Below are positions 27,054-35,681 of a stretch of 40,161 bases of DNA, piece after piece. Both the position numbers and the translations under genes were made by a program. Source of the stretch: Candidatus Sigynarchaeum calidifontis (GTDB lineage Archaea > Asgardarchaeota > Lokiarchaeia > Sigyniarchaeales > Sigyniarchaeaceae); the NCBI GenBank assembly GCA_030587475.2, contig JAUQYZ020000268.1:1-40161 (forward strand), given 5' to 3'. The notes beneath the pieces are model-generated. The model did not search any database. It was given only the letters and a program-made list of their open reading frames with translations, and was not told the DNA's origin. Each line of letters opens with the position of its first letter. The first letter of the stretch is position 1.

Positions 27054-29708
27054 ATGTCTCAAGATGAACATCACAGTGGAAGGCAAGATCCCATGAAAGA
27101 TGGAGGCGCTTTTGGCGCGTGGTCATGGGACGACAATGCTTTGCCCGCGTTCGAGTATTATTGCAAGGAATTCGAGGAACAAGCAGCAAAATACTTCACC
27201 ACGTGGGGCTACGACAACACCCATTACCACTTGCTAGGGAACGGGTGTTGGTTCGGCATTGCTACCAATCACGGGCAGGTCTACTTGATCGACCCCCGCC
27301 GCGGCTTCACGCTCGTCGGGGGGGATCCCGGCGTTACGATACCCGCCCGATCGAGCCTCGTGACCTTCGGCATCGAGGACCAGGACGGGACTGCATGGAA
27401 GGATATCAACACGGCCAGCAGCCAGCCACTCACGCGCCGGGTGTTTGGCGCTGGCTATTACCAGAAAGGGATCGACGCCGGTGCCTTGCACATCTCCTCG
27501 AAAGTGTCATTTCCGTCGGGTGGTGATCCTGTCATCGTGGCCGAATGCATCGTTGAAAATAAGACGAACGAGCCGAGGCAAATCCGACTGGAATCCTCAT
27601 GGAACCTCTTCCACTTGCCCTTGAGCAAGTCCCTCATCGTCAGCTGGAATGGTCGCAAGAAGTATCAGAACAAGGGAATCCTGGACGGGTTGCTCCGCTT
27701 TGCCGTCGCGTTACAAAAACTCGTGATGGCCGATACGGATGGCGCGAGACGCAAGCACTCCGAAGGTATAACATTCACGTTCTCCGAATCTGGATCCAAA
27801 GTGATCGCCATTCCCCGCCACAAGGATGCGGGCAAGCATGATCCGATGGAGCCATCGGGCATAAATTACCATTACAAGCCAATGGCCGTCGCGTGCATCG
27901 ACGATCATCCCGTACCGGCGAAGATTGTTGCAAGGATCCCAGATGGGCAACATGGGCAACGATTGGTGCCCAACGCGGACGCGCGGGTTGTCATGGCATG
28001 TGATATCGAGGTTCCTGCGAAAACTGCCATAACCAAGCGGTTCTTGCTTGCATGCGCCGCGAAGGATGAACTCGATCCTTTGATCGAGAAATACGTGGCC
28101 CTTTCTCGCAGCGGGGGCATGCAAGCGGCGTCATCCGCGTGGTTCAAGGATCGTACGGTTTCCCTCGACGTGCCCCGCATGCAATGGTTAAAGCGCGAGA
28201 TGGCTTGGCACTGCGTCTACGTGTTATCATCGATATTCGCCGACGATTATCACGGGTTTCACCGCGTCCCGCAAGCCTCCACTTATTTACTCGGCCATGG
28301 ATTCGATGGTTCCATCAGGGATTTTTGTTTGTTCTTGTTTCCACTCGCGTTCATGGATCCGGTTCTCGCACGCGAGTTCTTGAAGTTTATCTATACTTGT
28401 ATCGACGAGAAAGGCAAGATCACGTATGCACTTCACGGGTTCGGCATGAAACTCGTCGTTCCCGGAATTCACGAGAACCCGTCGGACCAGTATTTCTTCG
28501 TGATATGGGCAACCGCGGAATACGTTTTCCTCACGAGGGATTTCCAGCTCCTGGACGAGCTAATTCAAATCGAGGGCCGCAATGATAACAAAAAACATTT
28601 GCCCGTCAAGGAATTGCTCGTGCGTCTAATCAAGTACGCGATGTCTCCGGAGATCGGTCTCGGCGAACACGACATGGTACGCGTCCGGGACGGGGATTGG
28701 AATGATGGCATCTCCCTCATGGCAAAGAATCGCAAGGACTTCATTAAAGCGGGCGAGTCAACGTTCAACTCGGCAATCTTGCTGCTCTCGTTTACAAAAA
28801 TATTGCCGCTTATCGAGAGATTTGATTCTGCCCTAGCGCGGGAAATGGAATCGATGCTGGGGCGTGTAAGCCGAGCCGTGGACACGGCGTGGAACGGCAA
28901 GTGGTACTACCGGGGGTACGATGGCAAAGGAAATCCGCTTGGCAACGAGACGCTCTTCCTCGATCACCACGCCTGGATGCTCCAAAACCGGGCATTACCC
29001 GCGGACAAGATCAGCGTGCTGTTGGAACATCTCAACAAGGTGCTCGTAGCAAAATCGAGATGTGGCGCCGCGATCATGCACCCGCCGAACCCGAAGTCAT
29101 CCATCCTCCCGCCAGGTTGGGACATCAACGGCGGGACATGGCACGCGCTGAACTCGCTGCTCGCGTGGGGGCTTCGAATCCGGAGCCCGAACACGACTCT
29201 GGATTTCCTCCAACGCATGAGCATGCACAACCGTGCAGAGCAATACCCGCAGATCTGGTATGGTATTTGGAGCGGGCCTGATTCCTACAATGCAGATGAT
29301 GCCGAGAGGCCGGGCGAGGCTTTTTTCCATGCCTCCACGCCCATGTGCGATTTTCCTTTCATGAATAACAATCTTCACGCGGGGTTCATTGCCGCTGCCA
29401 TCCGGTACGCCGGGATAGAAGCTTGTCACGACAAGCTGCGCGTGGATGTTACCGCCAGTGTTCCATTCACGTTCACGTCTCGCATCATGAACATCAAGAA
29501 AGAAGCAACTTCGATAGAAATCGAACCAGGATGCTCGTTCAAGGAGCCAATAACGATAGAAATCGTGGTTCCGGAAGATTTCAAGACTACCGCGCAGATC
29601 CGCGTGGAACCGGCTAGCGAAAGCTCTCCGACGGTCGTGGAGGGGGTCGCGCGCGTCGAGTGGTCGCCCGAGCGGCCCATTCACAAGATCACGATCACGA
29701 AGGTTTAA
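27054..29708 (+). CDS. GH94-like (alpha/alpha)6 glycoside phosphorylase/hydrolase
   Basis: IRDFC, SDQYF, DGDWNDG, GESTF, WNGKWYYRGYD and NGGTW motifs resemble the cellobiose phosphorylase-family catalytic domain. Substrate unknown. Confidence 0.78.
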   Translation: MSQDEHHSGRQDPMKDGGAFGAWSWDDNALPAFEYYCKEFEEQAAKYFTTWGYDNTHYHLLGNGCWFGIATNHGQVYLIDPRRGFTLVGGDPGVTIPARSSLVTFGIEDQDGTAWKDINTASSQPLTRRVFGAGYYQKGIDAGALHISSKVSFPSGGDPVIVAECIVENKTNEPRQIRLESSWNLFHLPLSKSLIVSWNGRKKYQNKGILDGLLRFAVALQKLVMADTDGARRKHSEGITFTFSESGSKVIAIPRHKDAGKHDPMEPSGINYHYKPMAVACIDDHPVPAKIVARIPDGQHGQRLVPNADARVVMACDIEVPAKTAITKRFLLACAAKDELDPLIEKYVALSRSGGMQAASSAWFKDRTVSLDVPRMQWLKREMAWHCVYVLSSIFADDYHGFHRVPQASTYLLGHGFDGSIRDFCLFLFPLAFMDPVLAREFLKFIYTCIDEKGKITYALHGFGMKLVVPGIHENPSDQYFFVIWATAEYVFLTRDFQLLDELIQIEGRNDNKKHLPVKELLVRLIKYAMSPEIGLGEHDMVRVRDGDWNDGISLMAKNRKDFIKAGESTFNSAILLLSFTKILPLIERFDSALAREMESMLGRVSRAVDTAWNGKWYYRGYDGKGNPLGNETLFLDHHAWMLQNRALPADKISVLLEHLNKVLVAKSRCGAAIMHPPNPKSSILPPGWDINGGTWHALNSLLAWGLRIRSPNTTLDFLQRMSMHNRAEQYPQIWYGIWSGPDSYNADDAERPGEAFFHASTPMCDFPFMNNNLHAGFIAAAIRYAGIEACHDKLRVDVTASVPFTFTSRIMNIKKEATSIEIEPGCSFKEPITIEIVVPEDFKTTAQIRVEPASESSPTVVEGVARVEWSPERPIHKITITKV

Positions 29709-29712
29709 CAGG

Positions 29713-30216
29713 CTATTCGTGCTTTTTATTCTCCGCGTGCGTGATCTTTTTCTCGACCGTGATGTAACTGGGCTCGAACCCGATAGCCTTGACGATCGAC
29801 AGCATCTTGGCCGGGTCTGGCTTCATCGCGATCTTTATGCGGATGAGATCCGCGTGCATGGCCGTGAGCATGGCGATGGCCTTCTCCGCGAGTGCCCTAC
29901 CCACGCCCGCACCCCGGAACTCCTTCTTCACGCCCCAGTTCGAGAGGTACCCGATCGAAATGCCGTCGGGAGTGTTCGTGTGTAACTCGATGAACCCCAT
30001 GCCCACGACCTTTCCATCGATTTCCGCAATGAGCGTGGTGCGGCTGTATCCCGGCTGAAACAATCGAAGGCCAGCAGATTCATTCCACTTTTTCTTGTCG
30101 AAATAAAAGCTGAATGTCTCGCTGATCTCCTCCATGAGCTCGATCGTCGCCTCGTAATCGCTCTTCCGGTAGTTTCGCACGAGGACCTTGCTCGCAAGGG
30201 AATCGGGCTTGGACAT
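29713..30216 (-). CDS. GNAT-family N-acetyltransferase
   Basis: LIAEIDGKVVG and GVKKEFRGAGVGRAL (acetyl-CoA binding motif A). Confidence 0.9.
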   Translation of the reverse strand: MSKPDSLASKVLVRNYRKSDYEATIELMEEISETFSFYFDKKKWNESAGLRLFQPGYSRTTLIAEIDGKVVGMGFIELHTNTPDGISIGYLSNWGVKKEFRGAGVGRALAEKAIAMLTAMHADLIRIKIAMKPDPAKMLSIVKAIGFEPSYITVEKKITHAENKKHE

Positions 30217-30217
30217 G

Positions 30218-30676
30218 TCAAATCTCCTTCTTCTTCAAAGTGATATCGAACGACCTTGAAAAATGGCCGATTTTTTTCAAGAAGTTCGTGTTCAAAACGC
30301 CGATGAGCTTGTCGTTGTCGTCGATGATCGCGACGCGGTTTACTCGATTGTGCTTCTTGGAAAAGGTTTCCTTGAGTTTTTCCCACGGTACAACCGTCTC
30401 GTTCGCTTTCACGCAGTAGACGGGCGTTGCCATCACGTCCCTGGCAACCAAGTTTTTCGGATCTCTCGCCTTGGAAACGAGATTCAAGATGACGCCGTCC
30501 GTGATTATACCAAGGATGTGCTCTTCCTTGTCGACGATGAAGATGCTATCGATCCAATGGTCGACCATGGTACGCGCGATCTCGGCTATGCTCGTCTCGG
30601 GAGCGGCCATGAACACCTCGTCCTCGGCTATGTCGAGGTACGTGAGGCGTGGGCCCTTGTAGATTTCGTTTGACAT
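30218..30676 (-). CDS. stand-alone CBS-pair (Bateman) protein
   Basis: IFIVDKEEHILGIITDG, ARDVMATPV and VAIIDDNDKLIGVL. The start was moved to ATG 30676 (MSNEIYK). Confidence 0.88.
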   Translation of the reverse strand: MSNEIYKGPRLTYLDIAEDEVFMAAPETSIAEIARTMVDHWIDSIFIVDKEEHILGIITDGVILNLVSKARDPKNLVARDVMATPVYCVKANETVVPWEKLKETFSKKHNRVNRVAIIDDNDKLIGVLNTNFLKKIGHFSRSFDITLKKKEI

Positions 30677-30690
30677 GCTGCTTTCACGCT

Positions 30691-31743
30691 TCAGATAGCC
30701 TTCAACTTGGTCGTGACCAACTTTTTCTGGAAAATGGGCTTGCCGTCTTGCTTCACGGTCACGAGGTACTCCTCTTTCATTTTTTTCCCGCCGACACGCT
30801 CGAACTGGAAATTGAGCTCCTCGCCCGCGAACCAACAATCGATGGTAACATCGTAAAAATATTTCTCGAAGAATTCTTCCATGTAGGCGATACTCACGAC
30901 ACAATTGTAGATTTCATCGCTCGATGAATTCACCAGCGTGATGTGGATCTTGTTCTCGTCGTTTTTTAACAAGGCCTCGGTCATCGTGATCTTCGAGCGT
31001 GCAGCCGAGCCGATGTCGACGATCGGGGGCCGCTCGATCGCTTCGAAGAAGCCGTTCTCGCCCTTTGAGGCGGCAGGCTTGCCCTTGATGTCTTGATAAA
31101 GCAAGTAGGCGAGGGCCTTGCGCTTGTCATCCTCGGTTGAAACGTTCAATTCAAGCTGTTTTGCAAATTCTTGAAGGACCGTGCGGATGGTGCGGGTCAT
31201 GGAATCGAGGATTTTCTGGCCGGCGGCGGATACATCCTTGTCGTGAGGGCTTTTTATGATCTTCGCGTCGCAGATGGCCTTTTCTATGGCTGTGGAGAAT
31301 TCGTCCATGTGGCGAGCCGTGATTGCTTGGTATAGCTTCGAGAGGAGGTCGCCGCCGAATGGATTGAGGCTGATGGGGATGCTCAAGATGAGGACGATGG
31401 TCTCCGGCGTTTTTTCGTCCATGCCGCTCCGTTTCTTTTCCCTGTGGCTCGGAGCCAGGAATTTTTTCGCCAGGTAGTTCCGGCCACCGAACTCCAGATC
31501 GACATGGCTTAACTCGGCCTGGACATCGACCCCCATCCACCAGATCGAGTGGATGAAGACGGTTTTCGATTCTGCTTGCAAAAACTCGGTGTCATTTTTC
31601 AGCTCGGGAGGGTGGACGAGGAGAAGCTGGTGGCCGCGAGCCTCGTCAAAATAAGCCAGGTAGATCACGCAGAGCTTTTCGAGATTTATAGCTGCGCCGC
31701 CATCTGTTCCCGCTGGTTCACTCTTCTTTTCAAAGAAATCCAT
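30691..31743 (-). CDS. longin/uDENN-like N-terminal domain plus shared C-terminal Ig-like domain
   Basis: IYLAYFDEARGHQLLLVHP is an NPRL2/DENN-type beta1-beta2 motif. The C-terminal region reads IHITLVNSS..FFEK..WFAGEE. Start at ATG 31743 with a GGGGGA SD-like sequence. Confidence 0.7.
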   Translation of the reverse strand: MDFFEKKSEPAGTDGGAAINLEKLCVIYLAYFDEARGHQLLLVHPPELKNDTEFLQAESKTVFIHSIWWMGVDVQAELSHVDLEFGGRNYLAKKFLAPSHREKKRSGMDEKTPETIVLILSIPISLNPFGGDLLSKLYQAITARHMDEFSTAIEKAICDAKIIKSPHDKDVSAAGQKILDSMTRTIRTVLQEFAKQLELNVSTEDDKRKALAYLLYQDIKGKPAASKGENGFFEAIERPPIVDIGSAARSKITMTEALLKNDENKIHITLVNSSSDEIYNCVVSIAYMEEFFEKYFYDVTIDCWFAGEELNFQFERVGGKKMKEEYLVTVKQDGKPIFQKKLVTTKLKAI

Positions 31744-31797
31744 GCTCAATCCCCCGATAGCCCATACCGAGCTTGATATCGGCACGCGTCAGTGCAT

Positions 31798-32997
31798 TCA
31801 AGCCCCGTTGATGCTGCTCTTCAAGATCCCGAGTTTGCCCTCGTTTGCATCGATTTCGAGGGTCAACTCGGTCACGCCCTTCGCCAGCTTGATGCCTTCA
31901 AGCCGCTTCGATTCACCGGGGGCGATCGCTGAGAAGCCGGCCATCCAGGGCTTCGTCTCGAAGAACATGTCCTTTATACCCGTGACCTTGCACGTGCAGC
32001 CGTGGAAGGCAGAGGAACCACTGTTTACCAGGGTGATGTCGATCTCGTCCTCGCCGCGCCGCTGCATGCTTGCGAGCTTGAGCGGTTTGACCTGGAACGC
32101 GGGCTTCATGGCTTGCTCGCTTTTCATCGCGGATTCCGGCGTTTCAAAAAACGGCACGGTCTCTTGCTTCTCGGTGGAGAGATGGCCCTCGTCGATCTCG
32201 ATGGGTATCTCGAAGCTGATGTCCTCGCCGTTGAATTTCGTCCCGGTGACCGCGAGGTACCACTCGTTGAAATCGCCGAACTTGTCATTCCACGTCGTCT
32301 TGTCCTTCGGCTCCCACTCGTGGCGCGTGCTGAGCTCGGCCGATTTTGGAACCGTCAGCAAGAGGAAGCCGGTCGTCGGGTTCCCCGTCCTCGCAGCGCC
32401 GGCCGCGGATGGCGGTATCTTGGGGACTCGCGTGCAGACGCGGCCGTACTGCGTGCAATTGCACAGGATATTCGAGCGTTCCATGAGCAATACTTTCAGC
32501 TCCTTGAGATCCCTCGCTTCGAACGTGATCTTGATGGTCTCGCCTGGTCGATAAATGTCCTTTTGCAAGTTGAGCTTGAGCCCCTTGATCGCGAGCACGA
32601 TGGGGTTGACCTCGAGGATCTTGTTCTTGTTGCGATCCTCGACCAGCAAGATCTCGCCGGCGTCGAAATATTCCTGATCCGACGCGCCGTCGCTTTCGCC
32701 GCCGGGGACGCGCGAGTAAGCCTCCATCTTGTACCGCACGCCGCGCTGGCCGGAGGAGGGAACGACGTTCGCGGGCAAGGGGATGGACACGGATCGTACA
32801 TATTCCCCCGCCTCGAACTTGCCGTTGCAAAAGATCTCCCGCTGCTCGATGATGAGGGGCTTCTCGCACGGGCGGATAGCGCTCAATCGAACGCCCGTGT
32901 ACTTCACTTCCGCCTTCCCGTCGATGGTGACCTTCACGTTGACGTTAACCGGCGCCCCTATCTTGGCTCGTTGCGGGAAATCTATCTTGAGCTCCAC
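31798..32997 (-). CDS. arrestin/Vps26-fold protein with Cys cluster plus shared C-terminal Ig-like domain
   Basis: Arrestin_N-like GKFEAGEY..SIPLPANVVPS..VRYKMEA, arrestin_C-like LNLQKDIYRPGETIKITF, a CNC-x6-C cluster, and a C-terminal IDITLVNSG..FFET..IAPGE. Confidence 0.72.
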   Translation of the reverse strand: MELKIDFPQRAKIGAPVNVNVKVTIDGKAEVKYTGVRLSAIRPCEKPLIIEQREIFCNGKFEAGEYVRSVSIPLPANVVPSSGQRGVRYKMEAYSRVPGGESDGASDQEYFDAGEILLVEDRNKNKILEVNPIVLAIKGLKLNLQKDIYRPGETIKITFEARDLKELKVLLMERSNILCNCTQYGRVCTRVPKIPPSAAGAARTGNPTTGFLLLTVPKSAELSTRHEWEPKDKTTWNDKFGDFNEWYLAVTGTKFNGEDISFEIPIEIDEGHLSTEKQETVPFFETPESAMKSEQAMKPAFQVKPLKLASMQRRGEDEIDITLVNSGSSAFHGCTCKVTGIKDMFFETKPWMAGFSAIAPGESKRLEGIKLAKGVTELTLEIDANEGKLGILKSSINGA

Positions 32998-33078
32998 GCG
33001 GGATCACGGGAATTGCTGAATTCGTCAATTTATCATTGGAATTGGAAACAAAAAAGCTATTGTTGGAACGGGCGGCCA

Positions 33079-33999
33079 TCACTTGCTGTGTGAGGAAATC
33101 ACGACCTCCGCGAACAACTGCAAGTCCCGAAGCAGTTCCGAGATCTTCTCCTCCGTGCTGGTGGATGCACCCTTTGGCTTCATGACCAGCACCGCGAGCA
33201 CGTACTTGAAGATGTGGAGTTCCAGGTCCTTGTCGCCATCGACGGGCGTGCCCTTGAATGCTGCTGACTCGGCCATGAAGAGGTTTTCGCGGATCACGTT
33301 GCACGAGTGGATGAAGTCCCGGAAGTCGCTGCGAAGTTGGAGGCCGGCGGAAACGCCGGGAACGTTGTGAACGATGACGTTGCCAGAGATGTCGGCCACG
33401 ATGATCTTGGCATCGATCTCCTTGAGTTGCTTCTCGGCTTTCTCCACGTGCGCCTTCAGCGTCTCGTAACTGCCAACCAGGATGTCTCGGAAGATACGAT
33501 TGAGCTTCTCTTGCTCGTAAATTGACGTGGTGTAGGTCTGGACCTCGAAACCCTTGAATAGGGTATCGAAGAGATCCTTCGCCTTCTTGTAGTTCGCGTC
33601 GAGCATTTCCTTTGGATAGTCATGGGTATCGAATTTATGGTAGAGCAAAAACACCTTGGGTTTCAAGGCCTTCTTTCGAAGCGCGTCGATGACTTTTTCG
33701 AAATATGACTTGGCTTTCTCGAGCTTATCTGGGTCATGCATATCAACGATGGGGACAAGCACGTCGGTCTCGTTGAAAACGTCCGGCTTGTCGATATAAC
33801 TCTGTCGATAAGAGTCTTGACCACCATAGTCGAAGATAGACACTTCCAGTCCGAGATATGGATGCCGGCGCACCTCATACATGATGGTGGGGCTTAAGCA
33901 TTCTGTACTCTCGGGAGACTTCATCGCAAACGTCGTGGCATAGATAGATGTCTTCCCAGAGCCGCTAAGACCGATTAAGGCGATTTTCACGATTTTCAC
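33079..33999 (-). CDS. Gtr1/RagA-like GTPase with C-terminal roadblock/longin-like domain
   Basis: GLSGSGKTS, LSPT, FDYGGQ, HKFD and TTSIYE are Rag-like G1-G5 motifs. A ~115-aa C-terminal alpha/beta domain follows (IIVADISGNVIV). Confidence 0.85.
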   Translation of the reverse strand: MKIVKIALIGLSGSGKTSIYATTFAMKSPESTECLSPTIMYEVRRHPYLGLEVSIFDYGGQDSYRQSYIDKPDVFNETDVLVPIVDMHDPDKLEKAKSYFEKVIDALRKKALKPKVFLLYHKFDTHDYPKEMLDANYKKAKDLFDTLFKGFEVQTYTTSIYEQEKLNRIFRDILVGSYETLKAHVEKAEKQLKEIDAKIIVADISGNVIVHNVPGVSAGLQLRSDFRDFIHSCNVIRENLFMAESAAFKGTPVDGDKDLELHIFKYVLAVLVMKPKGASTSTEEKISELLRDLQLFAEVVISSHSK

Positions 34000-34043
34000 C
34001 AGTTTTTGACTTTTCTCCTAGTTGTTATTCGACTGATATCATT

Positions 34044-35582
34044 TTAAGGCTTTTGTTCCTTCGCTGGTGGCTCGCCTTTTTTCTTTTCTTTCGCAGCCTC
34101 CTTTGCCACCTTTTCAACCGCTTCGTCTTCCAGCAATTTCTTGATGCTGATCTTCTCGCTGAGCAAGTTGTCCGTCGCCGTCCGCACGTCGATTAATATT
34201 TCGAGCGTGGGTACCTGGTCGTCTGGCACGCTGAGCGGATAGTCAAAGACCATCGATTCATAGGGGTAGAGCTCGGCCACGGACGTGCGCCACGCGATCT
34301 TCTCGAACACGTCGATCGACAGGCTGATGCGGAGGTCAAGCCCCTCCATCGTGTACCCGGACTCGTTGTCGAGCGAGAAGCGGACGGTCTTGGTCTTGCT
34401 GGAGAGCTTGACGTTCTTGAGCTTGAGTTTCTTGGCAAGAAAGGGTGTTTTTGGCAGGTTAGACGCTTGGACAACCGTTCTCTGGGTGCTGGTCTCGCCT
34501 GGCGTTTCAGGTGTCGTGAACACGTACTGCGTGCGCACGTTCACCGTGTACTGCGAGACCTTCTTCATGCGCGCGAGCTTCAGCAATGTCTCGAGCCCGT
34601 CGTGCTCCAGCGGCTTGATCTCGAGGTAGCCGTGCGCCGCCGCGTCCTCGACCAGCAGCTGCCCGAGCGTCGTGCGGCACAAGACCGTGTTGTACCCTTC
34701 CGGCGACCCGACCGACCCGACCGAGACGTCGGCGGCTTCCGACGTGAGGTCCGTGCAGAAATTGCACGACGACGACTTGTACCTGTTGAGCTGCGGGATC
34801 CTGTATTCCTTCAATTTCTCGCCTTGCTTGTTGAAGATGTTGAACTTTCCCGATGCAATGTTCATCTTTCCCACGTCTTTGAGACTGACGCCATCGCGCT
34901 CGAAGAACCCGTAGAGGGTCTCCGGCTCGAAGCTGTCCATGCAGAACAAGCCGATCTTGACAACGTTCGCGCGCAAGTTGTACAGTATCATGCCATACGG
35001 CGACTTTTGCATCTTGTCGACCGCGTCGATGTTGCAAGGCGTGCCCACGAACGCGACGGCGTGATTGCCGGCTTTCAAGGCCTTGAACAGTGCCCTGACG
35101 GTCTGCGAATGGACGTATAGCGACCCCGACGCCGCAAGGATGTCCTCGCGGGTGTTGACGAACGCCGGGATCGCCCGCCACGACTCGTCGTGCTTGGTGA
35201 CGACAGCCCCGTCGATGAGTCTTTTTTCGAGCATAAAGAGAAGCAGCGTGGTCACGGTTCCCCCGTCCTGTCCCTTGACGTCCGGAACCTTTGACTTCGC
35301 GATGTATGCGGCCTGGAAGGAGCCAATCAAGTCCTGGGGAACGGTTTTCGTCCGAGGGCACTGGTTGTAGCACACGCCGCAACCCGTGCATTTGCCGACC
35401 AGTTTCGGCTCGTTGTCGACCCAATCGAGCACGTCGCAGGTGGCGACGCACGCGGAGCACGCGCAACAAACGCCGGATTTCACGACTTCCTTCATGAGTT
35501 TCCCGAACGCATCCTTTCCCTTCTCGATCCTCGTCTGGAGATACGCGTACGGGATTTTATCGCTTGATTCTTGCTGTGCCAT
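34044..35582 (-). CDS. FrhB/FdhB-family F420-interacting flavo-FeS protein with N-terminal 2x[4Fe-4S] and an extra C-terminal Ig-like domain
   Basis: CCACSACVATC and CTGCGVCYNQCP ferredoxin motifs, plus GQDGGTVT, VGTPC, IGLFC, CNFCTD and DVSVG. An atypical ~150-aa C-terminal extension follows. Confidence 0.9.
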   Translation of the reverse strand: MAQQESSDKIPYAYLQTRIEKGKDAFGKLMKEVVKSGVCCACSACVATCDVLDWVDNEPKLVGKCTGCGVCYNQCPRTKTVPQDLIGSFQAAYIAKSKVPDVKGQDGGTVTTLLLFMLEKRLIDGAVVTKHDESWRAIPAFVNTREDILAASGSLYVHSQTVRALFKALKAGNHAVAFVGTPCNIDAVDKMQKSPYGMILYNLRANVVKIGLFCMDSFEPETLYGFFERDGVSLKDVGKMNIASGKFNIFNKQGEKLKEYRIPQLNRYKSSSCNFCTDLTSEAADVSVGSVGSPEGYNTVLCRTTLGQLLVEDAAAHGYLEIKPLEHDGLETLLKLARMKKVSQYTVNVRTQYVFTTPETPGETSTQRTVVQASNLPKTPFLAKKLKLKNVKLSSKTKTVRFSLDNESGYTMEGLDLRISLSIDVFEKIAWRTSVAELYPYESMVFDYPLSVPDDQVPTLEILIDVRTATDNLLSEKISIKKLLEDEAVEKVAKEAAKEKKKGEPPAKEQKP

Positions 35583-35669
35583 TCCATGTCACCATCTCGC
35601 TTTCGCGACAAGCGAGGATGATCCAAGTCCAAAGAATCCTTCGTGATTTTGTTCTATCATGTCGTTGCC

Positions 35670-35681
35670 ATTAATAATTTT
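35670..35681 (-). promoter_or_regulatory. putative archaeal TATA-like box for the FrhB-Rag cluster
   Basis: Minus-strand aaaattattaat, about 90 nt upstream of ATG 35582, an AT-rich island in GC-rich DNA. Confidence 0.4.

Noticed and set aside
34044-35582. Calling the locus an F420-reducing hydrogenase operon or a Sec-containing FrhB
   Set aside because: There are no hydrogenase large/small subunits or maturation genes nearby, and no in-frame TGA in this ORF.
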